Source of the DNA: Dehalococcoidia bacterium
GTDB lineage: Bacteria > Chloroflexota > Dehalococcoidia > Plut-88900
Length of the DNA: 64,000 nucleotides
Direction: 5' to 3'
NCBI GenBank assembly: GCA_965197645.1
Contig: OZ240219.1
Coordinates: forward strand, 2,912,001-2,976,000
Part shown: piece by piece, positions 1 through 10,093 of the stretch
How the letters are laid out: each line of letters begins with the position of its first letter
How positions within the stretch are numbered: the first letter of the stretch is position 1
Made by a program: the position numbers and the translations under genes
Notes under the pieces: generated by a model
Told to the model about the DNA's origin: nothing
Seen by the model: only the letters and a program-made list of their open reading frames with translations
Database searches by the model: none

Positions 1-7
1 GTGACTC

Positions 8-655
8 TTGGACACCGAACACTTCGACGCAATCAGACGCAGGTACAAGAGACTCGCTGGCACTTATGATGCGAACCGACGCGTCTCCGAGCGCCTTCGC
101 CTCTCGGCCATTGCCAGACTGGACCTCAAACCTGGCGACGCCGTTCTCGACCTCGGATGCGGCACCGGCCTCAGTTTCGGCCCCATCCAACAGTACATAG
201 GCCCCGAGGGACATATCACCGGCGTTGAGCTTAGCCCGGACATGCTCAACGGAGCTCGGGAAAAGGTGGAGGCAAACGAGTGGGATAACGTAACCCTCGT
301 CCACGGTACCGCGGAAGAAGCCGAGTTGCCGTCGCAGATAAACGCCGCCCTGGGCTATTTCACCCCCGAGATCATCGGGTCACGCCAGGCAATCGAGCGC
401 ACCATGGCCACCCTCAAACCGGGCGGAAGGTTCGTGATCGCCGGATCGAAACGGGCCGAGGGTCTGGCCGGCATCCCCGTCAATCTGTGGTACCTGTACA
501 AGAACCATCCCTGGAACTACTTCCCCTGGTCCTATCTCATCAAGAGGCTCTGGGGCGGCCCGCAGCCCTACGAGCTGATGCAATCGATCACCGAGTCCTT
601 CCACCGCCAAGACTACCTGCGCGGCTGCACGTATATCGCCTGGGCCGTCAAATAG
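8..655 (+). CDS. Class I SAM-dependent methyltransferase (UbiE/MenG-like fold)
   Basis: VLDLGCGTG motif I, GVELSPDML and GGRFVI motifs; TTG start near the window edge is uncertain. Confidence 0.8.
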   Translation: MDTEHFDAIRRRYKRLAGTYDANRRVSERLRLSAIARLDLKPGDAVLDLGCGTGLSFGPIQQYIGPEGHITGVELSPDMLNGAREKVEANEWDNVTLVHGTAEEAELPSQINAALGYFTPEIIGSRQAIERTMATLKPGGRFVIAGSKRAEGLAGIPVNLWYLYKNHPWNYFPWSYLIKRLWGGPQPYELMQSITESFHRQDYLRGCTYIAWAVK

Positions 656-684
656 AAGCTTATCGCCCGTCCACCTAGAGCCCG

Positions 685-1749
685 CTACAGCCGTCCTCGA
701 ATGGCCTCGCAGAACTCCGTTGTGGTAGCGGAGCCTCCCTGGTCGGGGGTCAGGACACTTCCGTCGATGTAGGTCTGCGCCACCGCTCCTTCCAGCCTCG
801 ATGCCGCATCTGACATTCCCAGGTACCCCAGCATCATCGCCGCCGACATGATCGTAGCGGTGGGATTGATGATCCCCATGCCTGCGATATCGGGCGCTGT
901 GCCGTGCACCGCCTCGAAGTAGGCGTAGTCCTCTCCGTAGCACCCGCTGGGCGTAAGCCCCAACCCGCCAATGGTCCCGGCTCCCACGTCGGACACTATG
1001 TCCCCGTAGAGATTGGGAGTCACCACCACGTCCAGATCCCGGGGAGTCTCCACCTGAAGCCTCCCGAAGTTATCGACGAAGTACTCGCTGTACGCCAGCT
1101 CCTCGTACCCGTCGACTACCGACCGGACCACGTCTCGGAACAGTCCGTCCGTTTGGAGCAGTACGTTATGCTTGGCAACGCACGTGACTATACCCGGGCG
1201 CCCCTGCTCCTTGCGCCGGAGCGCCAGCTCACACGAGAACTCGGCCACCCGGCGGGTATTCGCCTCGGTGATCACCTTCAGCGCATAGGCCCCCGCCGAC
1301 GTCGGATCGAACCTTCCCTCCGGCGCACGTTGCGCCAAAGGCGTATCGGCAAGGGACGCCAGGTCCCCTTCGATGCCTACGTACACGTCCTCCAGGTTCT
1401 CCCGCACGATCACGTAGTCGATGCCGGTGGGATCGGATAACGGGCTGCGGTACCCCGTCAGCCACTTCACCGGCCGAACGTTGGCGTAGGTGCCCTTGTC
1501 GTACCGCAGGTAGGATATGGCATCCTCGGAGTAGTCGCTGGCGGACCCGAACAGGGTCGCATCGGCACGGTCTACCGCCGCCGCCGCCGTCTCCGGAAAC
1601 CCGGTCCCCTCCGCCTCGACCGCGTCTTTGCCCGTGAGCGGTCGCAGCAGCTCGATATCCAGCTCCATCGCCTCCAGCAGCTCCACCGTCGGTCGGACGG
1701 CCTCCGGCGCCGCATCGTCTCCCTCGATAACGCATATGTGCTTCGTCAT
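685..1749 (-). CDS. Isocitrate/isopropylmalate dehydrogenase family protein
   Basis: IEGDDAAPE, VRENLED, NLYGDIVSD and FEAVHGTAPDIAG..NP motifs. Confidence 0.9.
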   Translation of the reverse strand: MTKHICVIEGDDAAPEAVRPTVELLEAMELDIELLRPLTGKDAVEAEGTGFPETAAAAVDRADATLFGSASDYSEDAISYLRYDKGTYANVRPVKWLTGYRSPLSDPTGIDYVIVRENLEDVYVGIEGDLASLADTPLAQRAPEGRFDPTSAGAYALKVITEANTRRVAEFSCELALRRKEQGRPGIVTCVAKHNVLLQTDGLFRDVVRSVVDGYEELAYSEYFVDNFGRLQVETPRDLDVVVTPNLYGDIVSDVGAGTIGGLGLTPSGCYGEDYAYFEAVHGTAPDIAGMGIINPTATIMSAAMMLGYLGMSDAASRLEGAVAQTYIDGSVLTPDQGGSATTTEFCEAIRGRL

Positions 1750-1813
1750 AGCTCGTCTCCGTTCCTATCAACGGCGTACCAACGAATATATCGGTACAGG
1801 CTGTCGTTCCATC

Positions 1814-2725
1814 CTAGGCGAAGAGCACGTGCCCAAACAGCCCGCCCGCCATTGACATCCCTGCGCCACCGTGCAGCTTCGCCGTGCTCACCAATGCCAT
1901 GCTCATCTCCCGTCGCTCCTCGGACCGCCAGATCCGGAGCACCAGTGCGCTGGCCCAGGGCAGCGATCCCAGACCCACAAGCGCCGGCCAAGGTATCGTC
2001 CCGGTCGACACCGCAGCCACCAAGCTGCCATAGGCCCCTGTCAGAAGCGCAACGTATCCCCAGCGCCCCATCCTTCGGCCAAACATCGTCACGAAGGTCC
2101 TCTTCCCGCTCTGCCGGTCTTCTTCCATATCCCGCAAATTGTTGCAATGCAGTATCGCCGTTACGAGGAACGCCACCGGCAACGATGCCCAGAACACCGG
2201 CCAGGATAGCTCTTGGGTATGGACGTAGTAGCTGGCCAGTACCATCAGTGGACCCATGAAGAAGAACACCAGCAGCTCGCCCAGGCCCGTGTCCCCCAGG
2301 GGACGAGGCCCTGCGCTATAGAGGACGGCCACTCCCACGCTGGCCAGCCCAACCGCGAGTATCGGCCATCCGACAGCGGTGACGATGTACAGGCCCATCC
2401 CGATCCCTACTCCCAGCACCGCTATGCACCCTATCAGCACCTCTGTCGCCGAGAGAAGGCCCCGCTGGATCACCTTGTGAGGCGCAGGGAACTTCTCCTC
2501 TCCTCCGCGGCGGTGGTCCGCATACTCGTCGACCAGGTTGGTTCCGATCTGTATCGCTACCGATCCTACCAGTGCCAGGGGAAACAGCAGCCAATCGATC
2601 CGGCTGTACTCGGCGGCCAGCACACTGCCCACCAGCACTGGCGCCACCGCCGCGCTCAGGGAAAAGGGGCGGATGGCCCAGAACCAGGCCTTCAGGTAGG
2701 ACGCTACAGCGCCGGTTGCCTTCAA
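1814..2725 (-). CDS. menA: 1,4-dihydroxy-2-naphthoate prenyltransferase
   Basis: UbiA family: RPFSL, NLVDEYAD, NNLRDMEEDRQSGKRT; multiple TM segments; follows menB. Confidence 0.9.
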   Translation of the reverse strand: MKATGAVASYLKAWFWAIRPFSLSAAVAPVLVGSVLAAEYSRIDWLLFPLALVGSVAIQIGTNLVDEYADHRRGGEEKFPAPHKVIQRGLLSATEVLIGCIAVLGVGIGMGLYIVTAVGWPILAVGLASVGVAVLYSAGPRPLGDTGLGELLVFFFMGPLMVLASYYVHTQELSWPVFWASLPVAFLVTAILHCNNLRDMEEDRQSGKRTFVTMFGRRMGRWGYVALLTGAYGSLVAAVSTGTIPWPALVGLGSLPWASALVLRIWRSEERREMSMALVSTAKLHGGAGMSMAGGLFGHVLFA

Positions 2726-2734
2726 CAGCTCAAC

Positions 2735-3538
2735 CTACCAGGGCATGTGCCGGTAGGGCGAGAAGTCCGGCGTCCGTTTCTCGAGGAACGCGTTCGATCC
2801 CTCCAGCGCTTCATCCGTGCCGTAGAACAGGCTATTGGCCCCGTGGGCCACCGCCTGCAGCCCGTACACCCAGTCCGTGGCCGCGTTGAACGATGCCTTC
2901 AGCATCCGAAGCGCCGTCGGGCTTCGCTGGAGGATATCCCGGCACCAGGCCATCGTCTCCGTCTCCAGCTCCTCGGGCGGCACGACGCAGTTCACCAGCC
3001 CCATGTCCTGGGCCTCGCGGGCCGAGTACTGCCGGCACAGATACCATATCTCCCGCGCCTTCTTCTCTCCCACCACCTGGGCCAGAAACACCGCGCCGAA
3101 CCCGCCATCGAAGCTGCCCACCCTCGGTCCGGTCTGTCCGAATCTGGCCGTTTCGCTGGCTATGGAAAGGTCGCAGATCACATGGAGCACGTGCCCGCCG
3201 CCGATGGCGTACCCGTTGACCATGGCGATGACGGGCTTGGGTATGCTGCGGATGGTCCGGTGCAGCTCCAATACGTGCATTCTCGCCACACCCGATTCGT
3301 CTTTGTAGCCTCCCGGCCCTTTCAACCTCTGGTCGCCGCCGGAACAGAAGGCCCTATCGCCGGCGCCGGTCAGCACCACCACGCCCGACTGTTCATCTTC
3401 CCAGGCGTCTTTAAACGCCTCCACCATCTCGTCGATGGTCTTCGGCCTGAAGGCGTTCATCACCTCGGGCCGGTTGATGGTGATCTTCGCCACTCCCTCC
3501 GATTTCTCGTAGAAGATATCCTCGAAGCTAAGGCTCAT
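2735..3538 (-). CDS. menB: 1,4-dihydroxy-2-naphthoyl-CoA synthase
   Basis: Crotonase motifs [44 protein letters not shown]. Confidence 0.97.
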   Translation of the reverse strand: MSLSFEDIFYEKSEGVAKITINRPEVMNAFRPKTIDEMVEAFKDAWEDEQSGVVVLTGAGDRAFCSGGDQRLKGPGGYKDESGVARMHVLELHRTIRSIPKPVIAMVNGYAIGGGHVLHVICDLSIASETARFGQTGPRVGSFDGGFGAVFLAQVVGEKKAREIWYLCRQYSAREAQDMGLVNCVVPPEELETETMAWCRDILQRSPTALRMLKASFNAATDWVYGLQAVAHGANSLFYGTDEALEGSNAFLEKRTPDFSPYRHMPW

Positions 3539-3579
3539 AAACCCCTCCTGGCGCTTGTTGTATTATCATCAGCTGCGTA

Positions 3580-4608
3580 GTGAACGTGAATATCGAAAGT
3601 ATAAGCTGGCTGGGCGTGGGGGTCCCTTTTCGAAGGCCCTTCACCACTTCCGCCGGGACCGTTCGAACCCGCTTCTCTCTGTTGGTCTGGGTCAGGACCG
3701 ATTCCGGCGTCACCGGAATAGGCGAGGCGCCCGTCCCCTTTGGCGAAGGCGAAGAGGGGCTATTGAAGCTGGCCGATGCCGTAGACCCGGCGACCTCCAA
3801 CCCCTCCCTTAGATTTGCCCTGGATACTGCCGATCTGGACGCCCTCGGCAAGCTGAAGAAGCTGCCGGTGGCGACTCTGCTGGGCGGAAAGCTGCAGCCG
3901 GTCTCAACCAACGCCGTCATAGGCTCGGCTTCTCCCCAGGATGCAGCCCATCGGGCCCGACAAGCGGTCGCTGATGGCTTCTCAACCCTCAAGCTCAAGG
4001 TCGGCGCCCGGCCGGTCCACCAAGACGAAGAAGCCTTGCGGGCCGTACGCTCCGCCGTCGGTCCTGATATCAAACTGCGCCTCGACGCAAACCAGGCCTG
4101 GACGCCCGATGAGGCCGTTTCCAACGTCCGTCGTTTAGCTCCATTCCAACCCGAGTACATAGAGGAGCCGTCCTCCGGCAGCGGTCTATCCTCTTCTCCG
4201 GTTCCCATAGCCGCGGACGAGTCCATCTCCACCCGGGAAGACGCGTTGAGAATCATCGAGTCCCGCACCGCCGACGTTCTCATTCTCAAGGCCGCTCGAC
4301 TAGGCGGCCTCCGGCCGACCAAAGAGATAGCGAATCTGGCAGCGGCATCGGGAATCAGGGCAGTTCTCACGTCGAACCTGGAGACGGGCGTAGGTCTCGC
4401 CGCCTCTCTCCATCTCGCCGCCGCGCTTCTGCCGGCTGAAGTGCACGGCCTCGCCACGGGCGCCCTCCTGGAGCACGACCTCCTTACCACCCCCCTCCTC
4501 CCCAAAGAGGGCCGGCTCTCGCTGCCACCGCTGCCCGGCCTTGGAGTCACCCTCGACACAGACGCTCTCGATCGGTACAAGCTGGACATTCGGGGCGTCA
4601 CCGGCTGA
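3580..4608 (+). CDS. menC: o-succinylbenzoate synthase (enolase superfamily)
   Basis: KLKVG, RLDANQAW, YIEEP, IAADES motifs; lies inside the men cluster, on the opposite strand. Confidence 0.85.
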   Translation: MNVNIESISWLGVGVPFRRPFTTSAGTVRTRFSLLVWVRTDSGVTGIGEAPVPFGEGEEGLLKLADAVDPATSNPSLRFALDTADLDALGKLKKLPVATLLGGKLQPVSTNAVIGSASPQDAAHRARQAVADGFSTLKLKVGARPVHQDEEALRAVRSAVGPDIKLRLDANQAWTPDEAVSNVRRLAPFQPEYIEEPSSGSGLSSSPVPIAADESISTREDALRIIESRTADVLILKAARLGGLRPTKEIANLAAASGIRAVLTSNLETGVGLAASLHLAAALLPAEVHGLATGALLEHDLLTTPLLPKEGRLSLPPLPGLGVTLDTDALDRYKLDIRGVTG

Positions 4609-4614
4609 CCTCGA

Positions 4615-5430
4615 TCATTCATCGCCCCACTTGGCTCGAAAGAAGTCCAGCGCCGTCCTGTTGAACATATCCGGCCGTTCCAGGTGTGCGGAGTGACCGG
4701 CACCGGGTATTATCGACGCTTTGCCTTTGGGAGCTTCCTCGCTCATCCATTTGGCGATGTTGCAGTACCGTTCGTCATCCTCGCCTGCAATGAACAGCGA
4801 TGGCATGTCCAGCTCCGCCAAACGGTCATGGAGCGGCGGTTGCATCCCTGCACCCATACCTCGCAGGCAGTTGGACAGGCCCACCGGATCGTTCCTCAAC
4901 CGCTGCTCCCGGAGTGTGTCCCGTATCTCCCGGCTCTGGCTGGAAAACAGGGGCAGCGCCTCCCAGTAACCGATGAACTCTTCAATTCCTTTTTCATCGA
5001 TCACGCGCGCAAGCCTGTGGTCACTGGCGGCCCGTTCCCCACGCGCCTTTGCGTCGGCTATTCCCGGCGACGCCCCCTCCAACACGAGGGACTTGCATCG
5101 TTCCGGCACGGTCAACGCCAAGTGCAAGCAGATTCTTCCTCCCATCGAGTAACCCAGCCAACCGGCGCGCTGGATTTCCAGGCAGTCCAGCACTCCAACC
5201 AGGTCGTTGACACAGTTGTCCATCGAGTATCGTGCCGGGTCCGAGGGGGCGTCCGAGTCTCCGTGTCCCAACACGTCCACCAGCACGAAGGTGAACTCCG
5301 TCTGTCCGGCTTCGACCAGGGACTGCCACGTTGTGTGGTTGCCGGTGAAGCCATGAAGGGCGACCACGTGCGGCCCTCGTCCTACCGTCTCCACGTTCAG
5401 CTTTACCCCGTTCACCGACAACCGAGGCAT
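4615..5430 (-). CDS. menH: SHCHC synthase (alpha/beta hydrolase)
   Basis: LHGFTG, GYSMGGR and HSAHLE motifs; directly downstream of menD. Confidence 0.92.
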   Translation of the reverse strand: MPRLSVNGVKLNVETVGRGPHVVALHGFTGNHTTWQSLVEAGQTEFTFVLVDVLGHGDSDAPSDPARYSMDNCVNDLVGVLDCLEIQRAGWLGYSMGGRICLHLALTVPERCKSLVLEGASPGIADAKARGERAASDHRLARVIDEKGIEEFIGYWEALPLFSSQSREIRDTLREQRLRNDPVGLSNCLRGMGAGMQPPLHDRLAELDMPSLFIAGEDDERYCNIAKWMSEEAPKGKASIIPGAGHSAHLERPDMFNRTALDFFRAKWGDE

Positions 5431-5431
5431 G

Positions 5432-7168
5432 CTAGCCTTCGACCCGAGCCCTCAGCGATTCCAGCGCCGCGCTCACCACCTTCCGATGCAACTCCAAGTT
5501 CCTGGCCCGGTCGCCGGGCACCTCGATGACTGTGGTACCCACGGACGACTGGCTGTGAGACACCGCCTTCCGGAACTCGCTCCACGATTCCACTTTCTCG
5601 TATCTCAGGTCATACATCTCCGCCGCCAGCCTGAAACCCAAGCCGTGGGGAGTACCGAAATACTCTTCGAAACCATCGGGGAACTTGGCCTGGGGCAGGA
5701 ACGAGAACACCCCGCCACCATTGTTGTTCACCACGATGATGGTGGCATCCAGCCCCCACTTCCTGGCTGCCAGAAGCCCGTTCATATCGTGATAGAAGGA
5801 CAGATCGCCGATCACCAGGGTGACCCGCCGGCTGGCGCCTGCACCTACTCCCAAGGCCGTCGACACCACTCCATCGATGCCACTGGCGCCCCGGTTGCCC
5901 ATGCACCGGATGCTCTTCGAGCTCCACGGCAGGAAGGTGTCCATATCCCGTACCGGCATGCTGTTGCCGGCGAAGAGTACCGATCCCTCGGGCAGCAACT
6001 CAGCCAGCTCCGGGAATATCCTCCCTTCGAACAGCTCCTCTGTGCTACCCATCTCAGCCTCGGCCGCCTCTTTAGCTCTACTCCCCAGCTCCCGCCACTC
6101 CTCCGCCCACGCACCGTCCCCTGCCCCACCCCGCACGGCCTGGCAGAACCGCACTGGGTCCATCGAGTAGACGCCCGTCGCTAGGTGAGCCGGGTCGGGC
6201 CAGCCCTCATCTCTTATCAGGACGTGTTTCACCCCGGCATGCACTTCCAGGTAGCTTCCTAGCGGCTTGGACGTGGGCATTCCGCCAAACCTGATGATGA
6301 GTTCCGGTTTGAGCCGCTCTGCCAGCTCCTCGTCCCGCAGGAATAGGTCGTATCCATCTATCCCTTGCTCGACCTGACGGTCTCCGCATCGCAGCTGGGA
6401 CAAAGGGTCGGCCAACACCGGGTAGCCTAGGCTCCGGGCCAACGCTGCAACGGCCCCGGGGAACCCGACCCTGTCCAGCGGCCCACAGACGATCACTCCC
6501 CTCTCGACCTCGTCAAGGGCTAGTTCACCCGCAACCTTCGGTTGACTCTCCTGATGCAAAACAGGCGCGGTGGTCACATCGAATACGGCGCCATCGAAGT
6601 GCTCGGGGACCTCTACCGGCGCCAGCGGTTCTCGAAAAGACAGGTTCAGGTGGACGGGGCCGGAGGGCCGCTCGGAAGCTACCGAGTAGGCCCTGGCCGC
6701 CAGGGCGCCGGCATATCGAAGCATATCCTCGGTCGCCTCCGGCGTAGGCGGGCTAACCGACCATTTCACGTGTTCGCCGTACATCCCGGCCTGCGATATC
6801 GTCTGGTTTGCTCCCCATTCCACCAGTTCGGGTGGGCGGTCCGCGGTCAGAACCAGGAGCGGCACGAAGGAGTGTCTGGCTTCGACTATCGCCGGATGGA
6901 GGTTGGCCGTCGCCGTGCCCGAGGTGCACACCACCGCAACCGGCTCGCCCAAAGCCTTGGCCATGCCGAGGGCGAAGTACCCCGCCGATCTTTCGTCCAG
7001 GTGCACCCAGGTCCTGATGCCGGGCTGCCTACCGAAGCTGCGGGCCAGGGGCCCGGACCGAGACCCGGGACAGATGCACACATTCCCAAGTCCTGATTCG
7101 TATAGACTCCTGACAAGGGCTGCGGTGAAGGCGTAGTTCCGATTCTCAGGCGTTCCGTCCGTCATCAC
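5432..7168 (-). CDS. menD: SEPHCHC synthase
   Basis: PGSRS, DERSAG, CTSGTA, TADRPPEL, NRGASGIDG, GDLSFYHD motifs. Confidence 0.97.
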   Translation of the reverse strand: MMTDGTPENRNYAFTAALVRSLYESGLGNVCICPGSRSGPLARSFGRQPGIRTWVHLDERSAGYFALGMAKALGEPVAVVCTSGTATANLHPAIVEARHSFVPLLVLTADRPPELVEWGANQTISQAGMYGEHVKWSVSPPTPEATEDMLRYAGALAARAYSVASERPSGPVHLNLSFREPLAPVEVPEHFDGAVFDVTTAPVLHQESQPKVAGELALDEVERGVIVCGPLDRVGFPGAVAALARSLGYPVLADPLSQLRCGDRQVEQGIDGYDLFLRDEELAERLKPELIIRFGGMPTSKPLGSYLEVHAGVKHVLIRDEGWPDPAHLATGVYSMDPVRFCQAVRGGAGDGAWAEEWRELGSRAKEAAEAEMGSTEELFEGRIFPELAELLPEGSVLFAGNSMPVRDMDTFLPWSSKSIRCMGNRGASGIDGVVSTALGVGAGASRRVTLVIGDLSFYHDMNGLLAARKWGLDATIIVVNNNGGGVFSFLPQAKFPDGFEEYFGTPHGLGFRLAAEMYDLRYEKVESWSEFRKAVSHSQSSVGTTVIEVPGDRARNLELHRKVVSAALESLRARVEG

Positions 7169-8487
7169 GCAAACGCCCCGAGCATAGAGCCCAGCTTCAT
7201 CTCCGTTTCGCGGTACTCCTCTTCAGGGTCCGAGCCCGAGACGATGCCCGCTCCGGCGTAGAAGGTGGCTTCACCATCACGAACGAGCCCGGAACGGATG
7301 GCTATGGTTAACTCCCCACCCCCGGACCCATCCACCCAGCCCACGGGCCCTGCGTACCAGCCCCTGTCCATACCTTCGCGATCACGAATGAACTGCAACG
7401 CTTTCTCTTTAGGGCTGCCCGCCACCGCCGCCGTGGGATGCAGGCGTTCAACGAAGTCGAGGATATGGGCGTCCTTCCCCACGTTGCCTCGAAATCGAGT
7501 GGCCAGATGCTGTACCCCCTTCAGCTTCAGCAGTAAGGGCGATGGATCGCTGAGCGCGTCCTGACACAGGCCGGCCAACGCCTCCGATATCTCGTTGACT
7601 ACGATGCTGTGCTCCCGACGCTCCTTCTCACCGCTTAACAGAGCTTCACCAAGCCGGCGGTCCTCGTCTTCGTCCCCACCTCTCCCGGCCGAGCCTGCCA
7701 GGCACACGCTCTCCATTACTCCATCCCCGACCCGGACCAGCTGCTCGGGGCTGGCGCCCAAGAAACAGCTTTCGCCGCGCCGGAAGGCGAACAGGGTGCA
7801 CTCCGGGTCCGATCTCATCAAACGATCCAGCGAGTCCGAAACTGTGCTGGAGGCGGAGAGCCCAACTCGCTTGCTCCGTGCCAGCACCACCTTCTCCAGC
7901 CCGCCTGATGAAATACAGTCAAGCGCCACCCTGACCGAGTTGCACCATTCTCTCTGATCTAACGATGTTAATGCGCCGGTATCCTGCGGTCCGGCCTGAG
8001 CCACCCGTGTATCGTCGGCGCCGTTCTCCGAAACGATCGTGTTTTCCGTGACCCAGAACCGGTCCCCCTGCCTTCTATACAGCAGGCTTGGGATGGTCAG
8101 GATCCCGTCCCCGAAAACGCGCCATTCCGGGCTGGTCTCCGCCCCAGAATCGAACCTGAATCCCATAAACGCCTGGAGTCCCATCTGGGAGTTGCCTTCA
8201 AACCGGGTGTTGGAGGAAAGGGTTTCGCAGGCTTGCTTAGCCGTTGTGAATCTGTCCGTACCAGCCAGTGACAACGAGTAGGCCTCCCCCAGCCCCACCA
8301 CCCATTCGCCCCTTGAAGGGGTTGCCCAGAATAGAGCCGCCTCTTCCTGCCCCCTTCGGAACAGCGCCGTCGGGCTACCCGGATCAGCGATAGGCCTGGT
8401 AACACTGACGAGAGCGGGCTGGCCCAAGGCCTCAGCCCGCCTCTCCACTAACTGTGTCTTTATGCTATCCCTCGTCACTATCTCCAT
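7165..8487 (-). CDS. menF: Isochorismate synthase
   Basis: KVVLAR, GASPE, KERREH, LHPTAAV, RGWYAG, AGAGIV motifs; overlaps the menD start. Confidence 0.92.
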   Translation of the reverse strand: MEIVTRDSIKTQLVERRAEALGQPALVSVTRPIADPGSPTALFRRGQEEAALFWATPSRGEWVVGLGEAYSLSLAGTDRFTTAKQACETLSSNTRFEGNSQMGLQAFMGFRFDSGAETSPEWRVFGDGILTIPSLLYRRQGDRFWVTENTIVSENGADDTRVAQAGPQDTGALTSLDQREWCNSVRVALDCISSGGLEKVVLARSKRVGLSASSTVSDSLDRLMRSDPECTLFAFRRGESCFLGASPEQLVRVGDGVMESVCLAGSAGRGGDEDEDRRLGEALLSGEKERREHSIVVNEISEALAGLCQDALSDPSPLLLKLKGVQHLATRFRGNVGKDAHILDFVERLHPTAAVAGSPKEKALQFIRDREGMDRGWYAGPVGWVDGSGGGELTIAIRSGLVRDGEATFYAGAGIVSGSDPEEEYRETEMKLGSMLGAFA

Positions 8488-9121
8488 CTCTCTGCCATTT
8501 CGCCGAAGGGGCTAAAGCTCCCGGTTCTTCGTCCATCTCCACGCCTATGCTCCTCAACAGCATCGTCCTTAGTGCCGGCGCCGTATCCATAATCGGAGTG
8601 GGTTGAGGGGCCAGGAGCCATCGCAGGACAACCTCGTGCAACGCCCCCAGCCACACGTGAGACACCAGCGCCGTATCAAGAGGCGGTACGGCTCCCGCAT
8701 CGACGGCCCTGTCCAGCTCCCTCTGAATGAACTGGGCGAACCGGTCTCGAATCGGCAGGAACTTCTTGTCCATCGCCCGTCCCTGCCCGACCACGTTGAT
8801 GAGCAGGATCTGGCCCAGCTTTCGTTGCCTGGAGAAGGTAAGCAGCAATGAGTCGATGGCGGAGGCTATCCGGTGCACCGGCCTGGTCTCCCCCTCGATG
8901 GAACGTTCCACCCTCCGTACCAGCTTGGCGCTGAGCTGGTCCAGCAGCCCGAACACCATCTTCTCCTTGCTGGGGAAGTGGAAGTAGAAGCTACCCTTGG
9001 AGGTACCCGACTGCTGGATAATCTCGTCGACGTTGGCGTTGTGGTAGCCCCGGCGAGCGATTAGCCCCGCGGCTGCATCCAGTATCCGGTCTCGCGCACT
9101 TCTCGATGTACTGTTCGCCAC
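8465..9121 (-). CDS. TetR/AcrR family transcriptional regulator
   Basis: N-terminal HTH RILDAA...GTSKGSFYFHFPSKE; overlaps the menF start. Confidence 0.93.
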   Translation of the reverse strand: MANSTSRSARDRILDAAAGLIARRGYHNANVDEIIQQSGTSKGSFYFHFPSKEKMVFGLLDQLSAKLVRRVERSIEGETRPVHRIASAIDSLLLTFSRQRKLGQILLINVVGQGRAMDKKFLPIRDRFAQFIQRELDRAVDAGAVPPLDTALVSHVWLGALHEVVLRWLLAPQPTPIMDTAPALRTMLLRSIGVEMDEEPGALAPSAKWQRDGDSDEG

Positions 9122-9137
9122 GAACTATCTCCTGTAG

Positions 9138-9246
9138 GACCATCCCCCTGGCCCCCTTCCTGGCCAGGAAGGGGGAACAAGATAAGAGTATTTCTGAGGG
9201 ACACCCTCAGACTCCCGGCAAAGGGACTTCGCCCCTCTGCACACCC
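9138..9246. repeat. Palindromic intergenic repeat family A, copy 1
   Basis: GACCATCCCCCTGG-CCCCCTTCCTGGCCAGGAAGGGGG...TCTGAGGGACACCCTCAGA...GCCCCTCTGCACACCC; homologous copies at 11426, 14290 and 19092. Confidence 0.9.
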
Positions 9247-9398
9247 GGTAGGCTATCGGTCTATATGACCCCAGCCGCTAGCAAGTACCTGAGGAAGTTT
9301 GTCCCCCGGGGCGAAGAGTGGGAGCCGGAATCTATCTCCAAGCGTCTCGCTCAGGCTAGAACGAGGCGAGAGGGTTGAGGGTTGTTAATGGCACCAAT

Positions 9399-9455
9399 AG
9401 ACCGACCGGTCTGTTCAGTACCGACAGTCTAATGGCGACGTACGGGAGGTGTCAA
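9399..9455 (-). promoter_or_regulatory. Sigma70-type promoter (TTGACA-18-TAGACT) with a downstream palindromic operator AGACCG-AC-CGGTCT, for the tetR-menFDH operon
   Basis: Minus-strand TTGACA at 9455-9450 and TAGACT at 9431-9426; perfect 6-2-6 palindrome at 9399-9412. Confidence 0.65.
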
Positions 9456-9470
9456 GACGAGGGAATACGA

Positions 9471-10070
9471 CTAACGGTTTCGGGCCCTGTCCGCCGCCTG
9501 CTCCAACGCCCCCCGGTCTATGCCCAGGTCCACGGCTTTGTCGATGTCTTCCCACACCCTCTCATCGATGGCCAATGAAGCGTAGGACAGCGCCCGGTTT
9601 GCGTAGGCGGCAGCGAGGTCGGGTTTCAGCCGTATAGCCTCATCGAAGTCCTTGTTGGCGGTCAGCGGTTCGTCCAGGTTGAGGAATACCAGGCCCCGGT
9701 TATTGTAGGCGTCGGCGTTTTGCGGGTCCAGGTTCACAGCCTGGCTGAAATCGTCGATGGCCCACCGGTACTGGCCCAGCCCGAACAGGGCCTTGCCCCG
9801 GTTTACGTATCCCTCGACGTATCTGGGGTCGAGGCGCAGAGCTTCGTCGTACTCCTCCAAAGCTCGTTCGTTGTGGCTGAGGCCGCTGTACGCAAGCCCT
9901 CGACTGTTGTAGGCCTCAGCGTACTTCGGGTCCAACCGGACCGCCTCGTCCAACTCGTCCAGCGCATCGTAGTACCGCTCCTGCTCCAGCAGTTCCTTCC
10001 CCCGAGCGTTGAACTCCTCGGCGGACCGAGTCTCGGCGCCTGCGGCTTCGTCGTGCTCTTGTGTCGTCAT
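9471..10070 (-). CDS. Tetratricopeptide repeat protein
   Basis: About 4-5 TPRs (A..LDPKYAEAYNSRG pattern); start chosen at the ATG of MTTQEHD. Confidence 0.9.
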   Translation of the reverse strand: MTTQEHDEAAGAETRSAEEFNARGKELLEQERYYDALDELDEAVRLDPKYAEAYNSRGLAYSGLSHNERALEEYDEALRLDPRYVEGYVNRGKALFGLGQYRWAIDDFSQAVNLDPQNADAYNNRGLVFLNLDEPLTANKDFDEAIRLKPDLAAAYANRALSYASLAIDERVWEDIDKAVDLGIDRGALEQAADRARNR

Positions 10071-10093
10071 ATATGCCAGTTGGTGAAACCCGC

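Noticed and set aside
8-655. Calling the methyltransferase menG
   Set aside because: It lacks distinctive MenG motifs and is separated from the men genes by an unrelated dehydrogenase.
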